Positions 48,235 to 61,170 of a stretch of DNA of 64,000 bases are shown here, one piece after another. The stretch lies in the NCBI GenBank assembly GCA_030390025.1, contig CM059432.1, positions 49,974,001 to 50,038,000 of the forward strand. Direction: 5' to 3'. The number at the start of each line of letters is the position of its first letter. Within the stretch, counting starts at the first letter, position 1. The stretch comes from Squalus acanthias. Taxonomy: Eukaryota. The translations under genes and the position numbers were made by a program. The notes beneath the pieces were generated by a model that was not told the origin of the DNA, searched no databases, and saw nothing but the letters and a program-made list of their open reading frames with translations.

Positions 48235-50069
48235 TTCTGGAAGTCTAAATACACTACGTCCACTGATTCCCCTTTATCCACCCTGTACATTATGTCCTCA
48301 AAGAACTCAAGCAAATTTGTCAGACATGACTTCCCCTTCATAAAGCCATGCTGACTTTGTCCTATTAAATTATGTTTATCTAAATGTTCTGTTACTGTCT
48401 CCTTAATAATAGACTCCAAAATTTTACCCACCACAGATGTTAGGCTAACTGGTCTATAATTTCCAGCCTTCTGCCTACTACCCTTTTTAAATAAGGGTGT
48501 TACATTAACAGTTTTCCAATCTGCCGGGACCTTTGCTGAGTCCAGGGAATTTTGGAAAATTATTACCAAAGCATCCAAAATCCCTACTGCCACTTCCCTC
48601 AAGACCCTAGGATGTAAGCCATCAGGTCCAGGGGATTTATCCGCCTTGAGTCCCATTATTTTACTGAGTACCAATTCCTTAGTGATTTTAATCGTATTTA
48701 GCTCCTCGCCCCCTAGAGCCCCCCGTTTGTCCAGTGTTGGGATATTCTTAGTGTCCTCTACCGTAAAGACTGAAACAAAATATTTGTTCAGCATTTTTGC
48801 CATCTCCATGTTTCCCACCATTAATTTCCCGGTCTCATCCTCTAAGGGACCTACGTTTGCCTTAGCCGCCCTTTTTCTTTTTATATAACTATAGAAACTC
48901 TTGCTATCTGTTTTTATATTTTTTGCTAATTTATTTTCATAATCTATCTTCCCTTTCTTAATCAATCCTTTAGTTACTTTTTGCTGTCTTTTGAAGACTT
49001 CCCAATCTTCTATCCTCCCACTAAGTTTGGCTACCTTATATGTCCTTGTTTTTAGTTGGATACTATCCTTAATTTCTTTACTTAGCCACGGATGGCTGTC
49101 ATTTCTTTTACACCCTTTTTTCCTCAGCGGAATATATGTCTTTTGAAAGTTGTAAAATAACTCCTTAAATGAACACCACTGCTCATGTACCGTCTTACCC
49201 TTTAATCTATTTTCCCAGTCCACTTTAATCAATTCCACTCTCATACCATCATAATCTCCATTATTCAAGCTCAGTACGCTTGTTTGAGAACCAACCTTCT
49301 CACCCTCTAATTGGATATGGAATTCAACCATGTTATGGTCACTCATTCCAAGGGGATCCTTAACTAGGACATTATTAATTAATCCTGACTCATTACACAG
49401 GACCAGGTCCAAGGTTGCTTGCCCCCTTGTAAGATCAAGAAATCCATCCCTATTACACTCAATAAACTCTTCCTCAAGGCTGCCCTGCCCAATTTGATTT
49501 GTCCAGTTAATATGATAGTTAAAATCCCCATAATTATAGCTGTTCCCTTATTACATGCCCCAACTATTCCCTGATTAATACTTCTTCCAGCAGAGTTGCA
49601 ACTATTAGGAGGCCTATATACTACTCCCACTCGTGTTTTTTTCCCCTTATTATTCCTTATCTCCACCCAAACTGTTTCATTATCCTGATCCTTTGACCCA
49701 ATATTATTTCTCTGTATTACAGTGATTCCTTCCTTTATTAACATAACCACCCCACCTCCCTTCCTTCCTGCCTGTCCTTCCTGATTGTTAAATACCCTGG
49801 CATATTTAATTCCCAGTCGTTGTCACCCTGCAGCCATGTTTCTGTAATGGCCACAAGATCATACCCATACGTAGTTATTTGTGCCGTTAACTCGTCCATT
49901 TTGTTACAAATGCTACGTGCATTCAGATAAACAACTTTCAAATATGTTTTGTGACACTTAGTTCCTGCTTTTTCCTTTTTTAACACTTTACCTTTTACTC
50001 CATACCTTCTGTCCCTTCCTGACACGCTTTCCTCTGTCTCCCTGCTCAGGTGCCCAACCCCCTGCCACT

Positions 50070-51019
50070 TTAGTTTAAACCCTCCCCAACAGCACTAGCA
50101 AACACTCCCCCTAGGACAGCGGTCCCGGCCCTGCCCAGGTGCAGACCGTCCGGTTTGTACTGGTCCCACCTCCCCCAGAACCGGTTCCAATGTCCCAGGA
50201 ATTTGAATCCCTCCCCCTTGCACCATTCCTCTAGCCATGTATTCATTTGAAATATCCTCCTATTTCTACTCTGACTAGCACGTGGCACTAGTAGCAATCC
50301 TGAGATTACTACCTTTGAGGTCCTATTTTTAATTTACCTCCTAACTCCCTATATTCTGCTTTTAGGACCTCATCCCCTTTTTTACCTATATCGTTGGTGC
50401 CTATGTGCACCACGACAGCTGGCTGTTCGCCCTCCCCCTCCAAAATGTTCTGTAGCCACTCCGAGACGTCCTTGACCCTTGCACCAGGGAGGCAACACAC
50501 CATCCTCGAGTCTCGGTTGCAGCCGCAGAAACGCCTATCTATTCCCCTTACAATTGAGTCCCCTATCACTATAGCTCTACCACTCTTTTTCCTCCCAGCC
50601 TGTGCAGCAGAGCCACCCATGGTGCCAGGAAGTTGGCTGCTGCTGCCTTCCCCTGATAAGTCATCCCCCCCAACAGTATTCAAAGTGGTATATCTGTTTG
50701 AGAGGGGGATGTCCACAGGGGACCCCTGCACTACCTGCCTGCACCTCTTACTCTGCCTGGTGGTCACCCATTTACTTCCTGCCTGTGCACCCTTTGCCTG
50801 CAGTGTGACCAACTCTCTAAACGTGCTATCCACGAGGTTCTCAGCATCGCAAATGCTCCAATACGCCTCCAGCCGCAGCTCCAGCACCGCAATGCGGTCT
50901 GTCAGTAGCTGCAGCTGGATACACTTCCCGCACACATGGTTGTCAGGGACACCGGAAGGGCCCCTGATTTCCCACATCGAGCAGGAGGAGCATAACACGG
51001 GGCCAGGCTGTCCTGTCAT
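50070..51019 (-). pseudogene. CR1 ORF1: zinc finger/leucine zipper + SGNH esterase-like domain, frameshifted
   Basis: CSSCSMW..HVCGKC, LTDRIAVLELRL, VIGDSIVR, CLPGARVKD, VHIGTND, DGLHL. Confidence 0.9.
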
Positions 51020-52660
51020 GACTTACCCTTTAATTAATTGAACTTAAATTAAATCAAATCAATACCACCAATTACACTCAATTAAATGATATACTCAAGG
51101 GCCCTTGGTTACTAGCACTAGAAACTATATCCACAAAATTAAGACCTTCTAAACTTTATAAACTATGAACCTTAACTGTCAAACTATATAGTATAAATAC
51201 TTACCAAGCCGTACTCACCCAATCAGCTGCTCCCTCCTGCCCGCATCACGTTTTGAATCGTGACATGGCTCTGGAACGCCGCCGCCGGTCTGAGATTGGT
51301 ATGCCTGTGAAAGAAAAGCCTGCGAAAGTGAGTTTAAATACTCACTGGGCCTCCGGTCTCGCTGCTCCCGACACCAGCCTTTGAATGAAAAGCCCGCGAA
51401 AGTGAGTTCAAATACTCACTGGACCTCCGGTCTCGCCATTCCCGAAAATGGTAGAAATATTGATTTGTTCCAATCAACTGCTGACTGACAGAAGAAATAA
51501 TTATTCCTAAGTTCAGTTTTGGCCAATGCATACAATATTGAAATGTGACACAATAATTAAAGTGCACTGTCCATGGTCACTTACATACTGCTCTGGATTG
51601 TTTTCCTACTGCTATCATATTGTATGTGACCTACTTATGGAGCAGTTGTCAAAAGTGAGAAATTAGTACAGATATCTGAACAATAACATTAAATTAACAC
51701 AGCCTGCAAGGAAAGAACACTTACTGCCATTTTCAATGGTCTTAGTTTCAGTGAAGAGCAACGTCAGTCATGTTATTTGATTGTTAATCAGTAATGACTG
51801 ATTTCCTGAATTCTTTCATTCATTCATAGACAAGGATGTGCAAAAGCAACCAGATACCTTTCTTCCCCATTGATTTTAGATTATAAATTCCCTTTAGACA
51901 CTTTTCCAGTTACTGGCCTAGATTTTCCACTTGAGTTACAGTAGCTCCCTAGTGTAACTCAGGTGAAATTTGCTGGAAACAGTTTGGGAGCTGCTCCACC
52001 AGCTCGCTGTTCATCCTATCACTTCCAGCATTTTCTGTTAGAAATGATGGATGGTGTAGAATATGTCCACCCATAAACTGGCAGGTATATTTAAATGGCC
52101 AAAAATACATGATACAATGTAATTGCCATCATTTGTGGCCTAGTAAAGCTGGATGCCAGGAACTCCTGTGTGTTCCTTGCATAAAACATTGCTAAGGGTG
52201 GGGAAGGGAGACTTGAAAATTGAAGGATCGTCTCAGCCTGTGCAATCTATCTCAGGGCAATCCACTGCAAATGATAAGGCAGTTGTTTTGAAAAATAAAA
52301 AAACTTTGTTTTTCCCATGCAGGAGCCCTTTGAGGGATGCTATAGTCATTCTCTGTCCCCTCCATGCGGCCTCCCCGGCAGAGACTGGGGACACAACTAC
52401 AATGATACAAAAGAGCTTGACCCTGGGAAATCACCTGGACTCAAGGGCATATCTTTAATGTGGGTGGAACTCCAGTCATGGCCAAGATGCATCAAGGTTC
52501 CACCAAACTGGAAAATCACAGTCGCTATGGCTGCTCTGGAAGTATAGGTTAGTTACACCATACATGTTGCATTGATGCAAAGTGGCTTTGGCTTTCCATC
52601 AATGTTATATGCGTGATGTAACACAGATGAGAAGCCACCCAAATAGAATTTAGTCAAGTA

Positions 52661-53470
52661 GGGCTGAATTTTGCCGGCGCTCAGAGTGCGAGTTTGGAGG
52701 CGGGTCCGCTGTCAAAATCACAAAAATTGACAGCGGGTCGGTATCCCGCTGTAAACCCGCCTCCTTGTCAGTTTCCCAAATGTCAGGTCTGTCATCCTTG
52801 AACAGCCCCGACTCCAAGCGGCGGGTCAGTCAAGTTAGATAGTTAAAAAGCTTATTAAAAGGTAGTTAAGTACCATTTTCCCATGTATTTACCGTTTTCA
52901 ACGAGGTTCCCGGAGAGTGGCTATCATGTCAGGTAAGTATGTTGGGTTCTCAATGACTGTGGATTGCTGTGAATAGGTGAAAGCTGCAAAAGTGGTCTAA
53001 AACCTACCTTTTCACAGCTGTTCACTTCCCAATCTTAGAAGCTGGAGCATTAATGATTTGGAATCCACTTTTGAGCTTTGTGCACTTTTGAAGTGTTTGG
53101 AGTAATCTCTCTATTCACTGTCACCTCCTTGGAACAACCTATCTCAACATTGACAGATCGCTTCTGTCTTCTCAACCTCACCTGCCATCTATTCCAAAAG
53201 CATCGGTGCCCTTGAAAAAATCTCACCTTGGTCCTCAGAATCCCAACACGATCAGCCCCAACACCAGCATCACCGGGCACACCAGCAGCACCAACATCCA
53301 CACCAGCCTTCTCCGCAATCAACCGATGCTGCACTGGACACAGGGCATCATCACCCGTGCACATTGCTGCCCCGGGACACCAGCGATGGCCTCACCACGT
53401 CCAGATTTGCTTCACTTAATACTGTACACCCTGGCTGCCACATGATGCACCAGGTTGACACCACCCCACA
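52661..53470 (+). mobile_element. Harbinger-like element 5' portion
   Basis: Starts GGGCTGAATTTT (TIR-like), GC-rich subterminal CCCGC motifs; truncated by CR1. Confidence 0.5.
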
Positions 53471-53479
53471 CCAACACCA

Positions 53480-56417
53480 TAAAGCATCCCTATAAAGTCC
53501 AAGCCAAAAAAAACAAGCCTGAAGGCTTTCTGTCTTAATGCAAGGAGCATTCGGAACAAGGTGGATGAATTAGCTGCGCAAATAGAGGTAAATGAATATG
53601 ATTTGATTGGGATTACAGAAACATGGCTCCAGGGTGGCCAAGGCTGGGAACTCAACATCCAGGGGTATTCAATATTTAGGAAAGATAGGCAAAAAAGAAA
53701 GGGAGGTGAGGTAGCATTGCTGGTTAAAGAGGGGATTAACACAATTGAAAGGAAGGATATTAGCTCTGATGATGCGGAATCTGTATGGGTAGAACTGAGA
53801 AATAACAAGGGGCAGAAAACGTTAGTGGGAGTGGTATATAGACCTCCAAACAGTAATACGGAGGTTGGGGATGGCATTAAAAGGGAAATTAGAGAAGCAT
53901 GCAGTAAGGGCACAGCAGTCATCATGGGTGACTTTAATTTACATATAAATTGGGCTAACCAAATTAGTAAAAATACTGTGGAGGAGGAATTCCTAGAATG
54001 TTTACGGGATGGTTTTCTGGAACAATATGTCGAGGAACCAACGAGAGATCAGGCCATCTTAGACTGGGTATTATGTAATGAGAAAGGATTAATTAGCAAT
54101 CTTGTTGTACGAGGCCCCTTGGGTCAGAGTGATCATAATATGATAGAATTCTTCATTAGGATGGAGAGTGAAGTAGTTGAATCAGAGACTAGGGTCCTGA
54201 ATTTAAATAAAGGAAACTACGATGGTATGAGGCGCGAATTGGCTAGGATTGATTGGGGAATGTCACTCAAAGGGTTGACGGTGGATAGGCAATGGCAAAC
54301 ATTCAAAGACTGCATGGATGAACTACAGAATTTGTTCATCCCAGTGTGGCATAAGAATAAAACAAAAAGGGTGACTCAACCGTGGCTAACAAGGGAAATT
54401 AGGGATAGCATAAGATCCAAGGAGAGGGCATATAAATTGGCCAGAAAAAGCGGTAACCCTGAGGATTGGGAGCAGTTTAGGATTCAACAAAGGAGGACAA
54501 AGGGATTAATTAAGAAGGGGGAAATAGAATATGAAAGTAAGCTTGCAGGGAACATAAAAACTGACTGTAAGAGCTTTTATAGATATGTGAAGAGAAAAAG
54601 ATTAGTGAAATCAAGTGTAGGTCCCTTGCAGTCAGAAGCGGGGGAAGTTATAATGGGGAACAAAGAAATGGCAGACCAATTAAATGCATATTTTGGTTCT
54701 GTCTTCACAAAGGAGGACACAAATAACCTCCCAGAGATGCTGGAGAACATACGGCCTGATGAAAGGGAGGAACTGAAAGAAATCAGTGTTTGCAGGGAAA
54801 TGGTGTTAGGGAAATTGACGGGATTGAAGGCTGATAAATCCCCAGGGCCTGATAACCTACATCCTAGGGTACTTAAGGAAGTGGCCCTAGAAATAGTAGA
54901 GGCATTGCTGATCATCTTCCAACATTCGATGGAATCTGGAACTGTAGCCATGGATTGGAGGGTAGCTAATGTTGCCCCACTATTCAAAAAGGGTGGTAGA
55001 GAGAAAGTGGGGAATTACCGACCGGTAAGCCTGACATCGGTAGTGGGGAAAATGCTAGAGTCCATTATAAAGGATGTAATAGCTGAGCACTTGAAAAACA
55101 GTGACAGGATCGGACAAAGTCAACATGGATTTACAAAAGGTAAATCGTGCTTGACTAATCTACTGGAATTTTTTGAGGATGTAACTGGGAAAATAGATAA
55201 GGGAGAACCAGTAGATGTGGTGTATTTGGACTTTCAAAAGGCTTTCGATAAGGTCCTGCATAAGAGATTAGCGTGTAAAGGTAAGGCACATGGGATTGGG
55301 GGCAAGGTATTGACTTGGATAGAGAACTGGTTAGCGGACAGAAAGCAGAGAGTAGGAATTAATGGGTCTTTTTCCAAGTGGCAGGTAGTGACTAGTGGGG
55401 TACCGCACGGATCGGTCCTTGGACCCCAGCTATTCACAATATACATTAATGATCTAGATAAGGGAACTAAATGTAATATCTCCAAGTTTGCAGATGACAC
55501 AAAGCTGGGTGGGAGTGTGTGCTGCGAGGAGGATACCGAGAAACTCCAGGATGATTTGGACAGGTTGGGTGAGTGGGCAGAAGCGTGGCAGATGCAATAT
55601 AATGTGGATAAATGCGAGGTTATCCACTTTGGTGTCAAAAACAGAAAGGCAGACTATTATCTGAATGGCAATAGATTGAGAGAAGGAAGTGCAACGAGAC
55701 CTGGGTGTCCTTGTGCACCAGTCGCTGAAGGTAAGCATGCAGGTGCAGCAGGCGGTGAAGAAGGCAAATGGTATGTTGGCCTTCATAGCGAAAGGGTTTG
55801 AGTATAGGAACAGGGATGTCCTGCTGCAGTTGTACAAGGCCTTGGCTGAGACCACACCTTGAGTACTGTGTGCAGTTTTGGTCGCCTTATCTGAGGAAGG
55901 ATGTTCTTGCCATGGAAGGAGTTCAGCGAAGATTCACAACGCTGATACCTGGGATGGCAGGAATGACATATGAGGAGAGATTGGGTCGATTGGGCTTATA
56001 CTCGCTGGAGTATAGAAGAATGAGAGGGGATCTCATCGAAACATATAAAATTCTGGCAGGTCTGGACAAACTAGATGCAGGAAGAATGTTCCCGATGGTC
56101 GGAGAGTCCAGAACCAGGGGTCATAATCTAAGGATAAGGGGTAAGCCATTTAGGACAGAAATGAGGAAGAATTTCTTCACCCAGACCATGGAGAACCTGT
56201 GGAATTCTCTACCACAGAAGGTAGTTGAGGCCAAGTCATTAAATATATTGAAGAATGAGTTAGATATATTTCTTAAAGATAAAGGTATCAAGGTATATGG
56301 GGAGAAGGCAGGTACAGGGTACTGAGTTTGGATGATCAGCCATGATCTCATCGAATGGCGGAGCAGGCTCGAGGGGCCGAATGGCCTACTCCTGCTCCTA
56401 TCTTCTATGTTTCTATG
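53480..56417 (+). mobile_element. CR1 family B, near-complete ORF2 (APE + RT) and 3' UTR
   Basis: ORF 53561-55801 (746 aa) with GITETW, VYRPP, MGDFN, SDHN, QHGF, KFADD; frameshifts near 55680 and 55845; tail TTCTATGTTTCTATG. Confidence 0.96.
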
Positions 56418-56636
56418 AATGTAGTCTCACACTATTCTAGCTTTACACTGATTGCAGTATAATTGTGCTGAGCACAAAGGAAACTTTTTATGTGTTATGT
56501 TTTACCTTGTAATGTTAGCAGAGTCAGCAGTTTCTTCACAGACATTAAAATGTAACCAGCTTTTGGAATTGAGTGAGAAGAGGTCTGTGCATGTGTGTTT
56601 CATAGAGTTCTGTTTTCTTGATCAGAGAATGATGTA

Positions 56637-57215
56637 GGAGGTAATTTTAACCCCCCTGTAATTATAGTATTTAAATGAGGCTGCGTTCCTCAGATTTTGG
56701 GAGCCATTTAAACGGCTGCGGGCTGGGTTTCCCAGGGCTCGGGAAACCCAGCAGCTAAAGAGAGGTGGGAGCTGCCAGATCCAGCTGCTAAGTGCCTTTC
56801 CAGCACTGCTGTGGGCCAGGAGGAGCAGGAGTGCTTCCCCCGACTGCTCAAGCAAACCTGCTGCCACAATCTGCTTCCCTCTCTGCGATCTAACGACCCC
56901 CTCCTTACTATGCACTGATCTTTCCCTCCCTCATCGTCGCTGCTGTGCTCTGACCGCCCCCCACCCCACCATGCCCCAATCGTTTCCGATTGCCTGGGAC
57001 CGTTCCTGACCGTCCCTGCCTGTGGCCTTCTACCGCCGGCCTTCCTGCTTGGCAGCCGGCCAGCCTATCAATCTGGCCGGTTACCGGGCGGGAAACGGAG
57101 TAGAAAAATGCTAATGAGGTCCTGAAGTTAATTTCGACAGGACCTCGGCGTTCCTAGCATTTCCGGGTTTCCCGGCTGCAAACACGCACCCACTACTCCC
57201 TCCCCGCCTTCCCAT
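56637..57215. mobile_element. Non-autonomous Harbinger-like element fragment
   Basis: Starts GGAGGTAATTTTAACC, similar to the reverse of the 16222-16238 end; shares internal motifs with 15828-16238. Confidence 0.5.
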
Positions 57216-58859
57216 AATAGATTTAGTAGTATAACTTAGCTCTGCTTGCTCCACATCTCTCTGAGACGGGTAGTCTCGAACCAGTACCTAAAGTATTTTG
57301 TGGCTTGGAACATTTCATAACCACTTTATCCCAATCAGTATAATACAGTTTCATTTTGGTGGCTGCTATTGTATAGGGTGCCATTAGCCCTTGGGCACAA
57401 TACACAATTTGTTTTGGTTTTAAAAAAAAATTGCTGCTTCAGCATTTTGTTTGCAAATAAATGTAACCACCATTGAGCTTGTCAGTGAGGGCACTCTGAA
57501 TGCAGTCTTCCATGCAGTCCTCTAATTTATCTTACTAGCCTAATTAAGGCTCCTAGTCCATAGATGCTTCAATGTAAGCTTCCTCCTTTAAATAGTGCGA
57601 TAAGCTAGTTACAAATTGAAACAGAAATTGGCCAGAGGTTTCTGTGCAGTTTGTTCTTATGAACTAAATTAATTTACTTTCATATCTGTGTTAACTCGAT
57701 AAAAGGAAATATGTGGCGAGTGAAAGGAGTAAATTAATTTATAATGATTTTTTAACTGTGATGCAATCTTTATGATGTTATGCCACTGTTAGAATATAGT
57801 TATAGGGTGGCAGTCGCTTAATTGATGGTGAAACACTGAATTCCTATTTAGAGAGCTTGACTTTGAATCCTCAACTATTTGATGCTGACCATTCACTCTC
57901 ACTGTTCCTTAATTATATCGAGTTAAATAGAAAGAATAATAGAAGACAACTACTTCTGAGCGCCTTGGGACATTTTACTACATTAACGGCACTATATAAA
58001 TGCACGTGTTGTCGGGAGGAAATAAAGACCGAGAACCAATCCTACCCAAATAGAGTTGGCATGGGAATTCCCTTCCCTCCTGGCCCTGCCCCCTCTGACG
58101 TCAGGGAGTCATGAAACTTAGGCCGTGTCTGTCCTATGGATTTTTTAGGGGCTCTTTTCTTTGCCTTATGTCATTCGTCAATGCCCCTTTTGAAGATACG
58201 CTGACAAAAAATGTATCCAATATCCAGATATGGATTCACTGATGATCTATATAAGGTTAAAATAACTTGAAAGGATCTAGCTAGTTAGCTTTCTTGGTCA
58301 CAATTTCATATTTACTGGAAATTTTCATCAGATTCTGAAATACTTTAACAGCTTGGGGTGGGTAGTATGATAGCAGACTCCCATTCCCAGGAATTGCATT
58401 AGGTGCCTGCTCCCCATATTATTGGGCATGAAGGCCTGAGGTTTACAATGTGCCTGAGGTACGATACATGCAGCAGTACAACCGGTGAGCACAAAGGAGG
58501 CTTATAGCAAGTCAGAGCTGCCAGGCTCACTGGGCCCGGACTTTGAAGCAAATTAGACGGCCACTTCATACTGCAGCCAGAGTACCAGGTGACCTCCCAC
58601 TGACCCCCATATACTCCAGTGGAGTCAGCGGCAGAGATCACCAGCCTGTGCAAATTCAAAGAGCTGGAGAACCAGGTAGTGTATTTGCCATGGGGGATTA
58701 TAACTGCACAATTAAAGTAGTTAAATCCCCCAGTCAAGTATTGAGCAGTAAGGTGGGTGGAGGGGGGGGGGAAATGCTGCTGAATATTTGTGTGTGTTAT
58801 TAATGCTTGTTTTCTGACACAGCACGTTAGAGACCATATTAGAGAAAGCCATTCACTTG

Positions 58860-60460
58860 ACTCAATCTTTAACAGTAACTCTGATATGGTATCAGATCTC
58901 CATGTGTGATAACATCTGAGCAACAATGATCAAAACATTATCAGAGTGAAGTTGATTTGTCAGTTTACTGCTGTGGGTAATTTAATGTTAGTGCCAGATT
59001 TCAGGGAAGCTAAATTTGTGAGAATGAGGGCAGACTTGAATAAGGTGGATTGGGGGAGGATACCAGGTAGTGTAACTGCAGTGCAAAGGACAAATGAAGG
59101 GCTTTAAAACCCTACTTATTGAAAATGAAGGCATGTAAATCCTTTGAATTAAAGAGGACTGCAAGATAAAATGAAACCAATATATCTTAATGGTGATGTC
59201 CGAAGGCAAGTTAAACTCAAACAAAAGTATTTTACAAGATACAAATTGCTCTCATGAGGATAGGGTTAAGTATAAAGGACAATTAAGCGTAGCAAAATCT
59301 GCTATCAGTTCATCAATGGAAAAGAGGATTGTGAATGGGTGTGGTAGAGATGGCAAGGCCTTTTTTAAAAAACGTTGAGAACCAATAAGTGATCAAAGTC
59401 CCGCATATGGCTTTTGAAAGATCCTGCAGGGCATATTTGCATACAGTCCCAATATATGGCTAAGTTACCGAATGGTTGCTTACTTGGGAATAAATTTTCA
59501 CTTCTGGTGGTGGTGGAAAATGGGTGGTATTTTCCTCGGGCGGGGTGTATAAAGGACGGCCCACCTACTACCGCCCATTTTCGGGCACCGCCAAAACCTC
59601 CCTTTCTGCATTTATTTTCACTGCTGAGGGTGATGTTGAGTTGCCTGAGCTAATAAATAGATGTTAGGCTAAAAGTGAATCCATTGAAGTTGATGCAGAA
59701 TTAGTCCTGGCTAGGATTATTAAGTTGGATTGGGCTGCTGATCCTGGTGGATTTCACCCTAGAGTACTGAAAGAAATAGAGGCTCTGTTATGCCAGCCGT
59801 TAGCTCACATATTTGGCAGTTCACTGAGGTCTGGGATTGTTCCCATGGACTGGAAGGAAACCCATATGGTGTATGTATTTAAAACGAGTAACATGTAGAA
59901 CCTGGGAATTATAGGTCAGTTAGTTGTTGATTTCCAAAAGCCTTCCGTAAAGTGCTGCACAGATGGCTGTTAAATAAGGTTGCGTCCTGTGAGCTTGGCA
60001 GTCAGATTTTAAATTTTGATTGTGAATTGGCTGAATTTGCTCAGGCAGAGGGTGGTTATTAATTGTAACAGCTCTGCGTTTGTTCCGGACGTTGGTGGCG
60101 TCCTGTAGGGATCAGTGCTCGATGGCAGACCGTCGCTCTTCACTGTCTTTATCAGTGACTTGGACAAAGGCGTCAGGAGTACAGTCCAAAATTTTTCTGA
60201 TGACACTAAGGCATGTGCAGTAGTTAAAATCTTTGGGTTAAGTAATTCTAGGCATGTGCACAGCATGCAGGGTCACCCTCTTAAGGCTGTAAAGCAGGAG
60301 AGCAAACTGGGGATCGTTGTTCATGAAACACTGAACTGCCATGAAATTGTAAAGAAAGCAAATAGGGAGTTAGGATGTATAGCTAGGGCAGTTAAACACA
60401 AAACTAGTGATTTAAAACTTACACTGTACAAGACATCTAGAATACTCTGCCCAGTTTTGG
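58860..60460 (+). mobile_element. Old, highly degraded CR1
   Basis: Remnants GFHPRVLKE, PGNYR, VFISDLDKGV..FSDDTK, KKANRELGCI. Confidence 0.75.
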
Positions 60461-60589
60461 CCTCTTCACCTTCGGGGGCGGGGGTGGGAGTGGGGACGAT
60501 ATTGAGACCTAAGAGAAAGCCCAGAGGAGGGCCACCAGCATGATACCAAGTCTCATTGCAGCTCAAGTCCTGAGGAAATTTGGGGGCCT

Positions 60590-61170
60590 TGTCTTTCCAG
60601 GGCCTTGCCCCCAACATCACCGTAATCTTCTCCAGCCCTACAATGTCCCCCCTCTCCTAAACTGTTCATTCCTCTGACTCCGGCATCTAGTGTATCCACC
60701 CTTCTCTTCACCCCACCATTGGCAGCCATGTTTACACTTATCTAGGTCCCACTTTCTGGAATTCCTACCCGAAACCCCTCTGCTTCTCCACCTCTCTTCC
60801 CCCCTTTAAGACACTCCCTAAAACCCACGTCTTTAACCCAGCTTTTGGTAATCCATGTAATCTCTCCTTCCTTAGCTCGGGGTTTGTTTTCCACACACAT
60901 CTGTGAGGCACCAAATGCAAGTTGCTAATGATGGTGGTGGTGGCAGAGCCTTCAGCCACTGTATCTTTGGCCTCTGAAATTCTCTCCTAACCCTTCACTT
61001 TCCTACCTTACTCCCCACCTTCCAGAACCTCCTCCAAAAGTACCTCTTTGACTATTTCTTCAGCCTCCTCCCCTAACTTCTCTTCCTCTTTTGTTCAGAT
61101 CTAAAAATCCTCCTGCAAAGTGTCTTGAGATTTTTTATCATTCAAAAAGTGCAATGTAAATGCAAGATAT
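60590..61170 (+). mobile_element. Degraded L2 3' fragments
   Basis: CCACCATTGGCAGCC..CTCTGGAATTCC..CTTTAAGAC resembles 30250-30360. Confidence 0.6.

Larger units (their letters stand above)
45845..51440 (-). mobile_element. Full-length CR1 LINE (family A) interrupted by another CR1
   Basis: 5' UTR, ORF1, APE endonuclease (YLNARS, AITETW, GVVYRPP, SDHN), RT, doubled 3' module and tail; several frameshifts. Confidence 0.93.
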
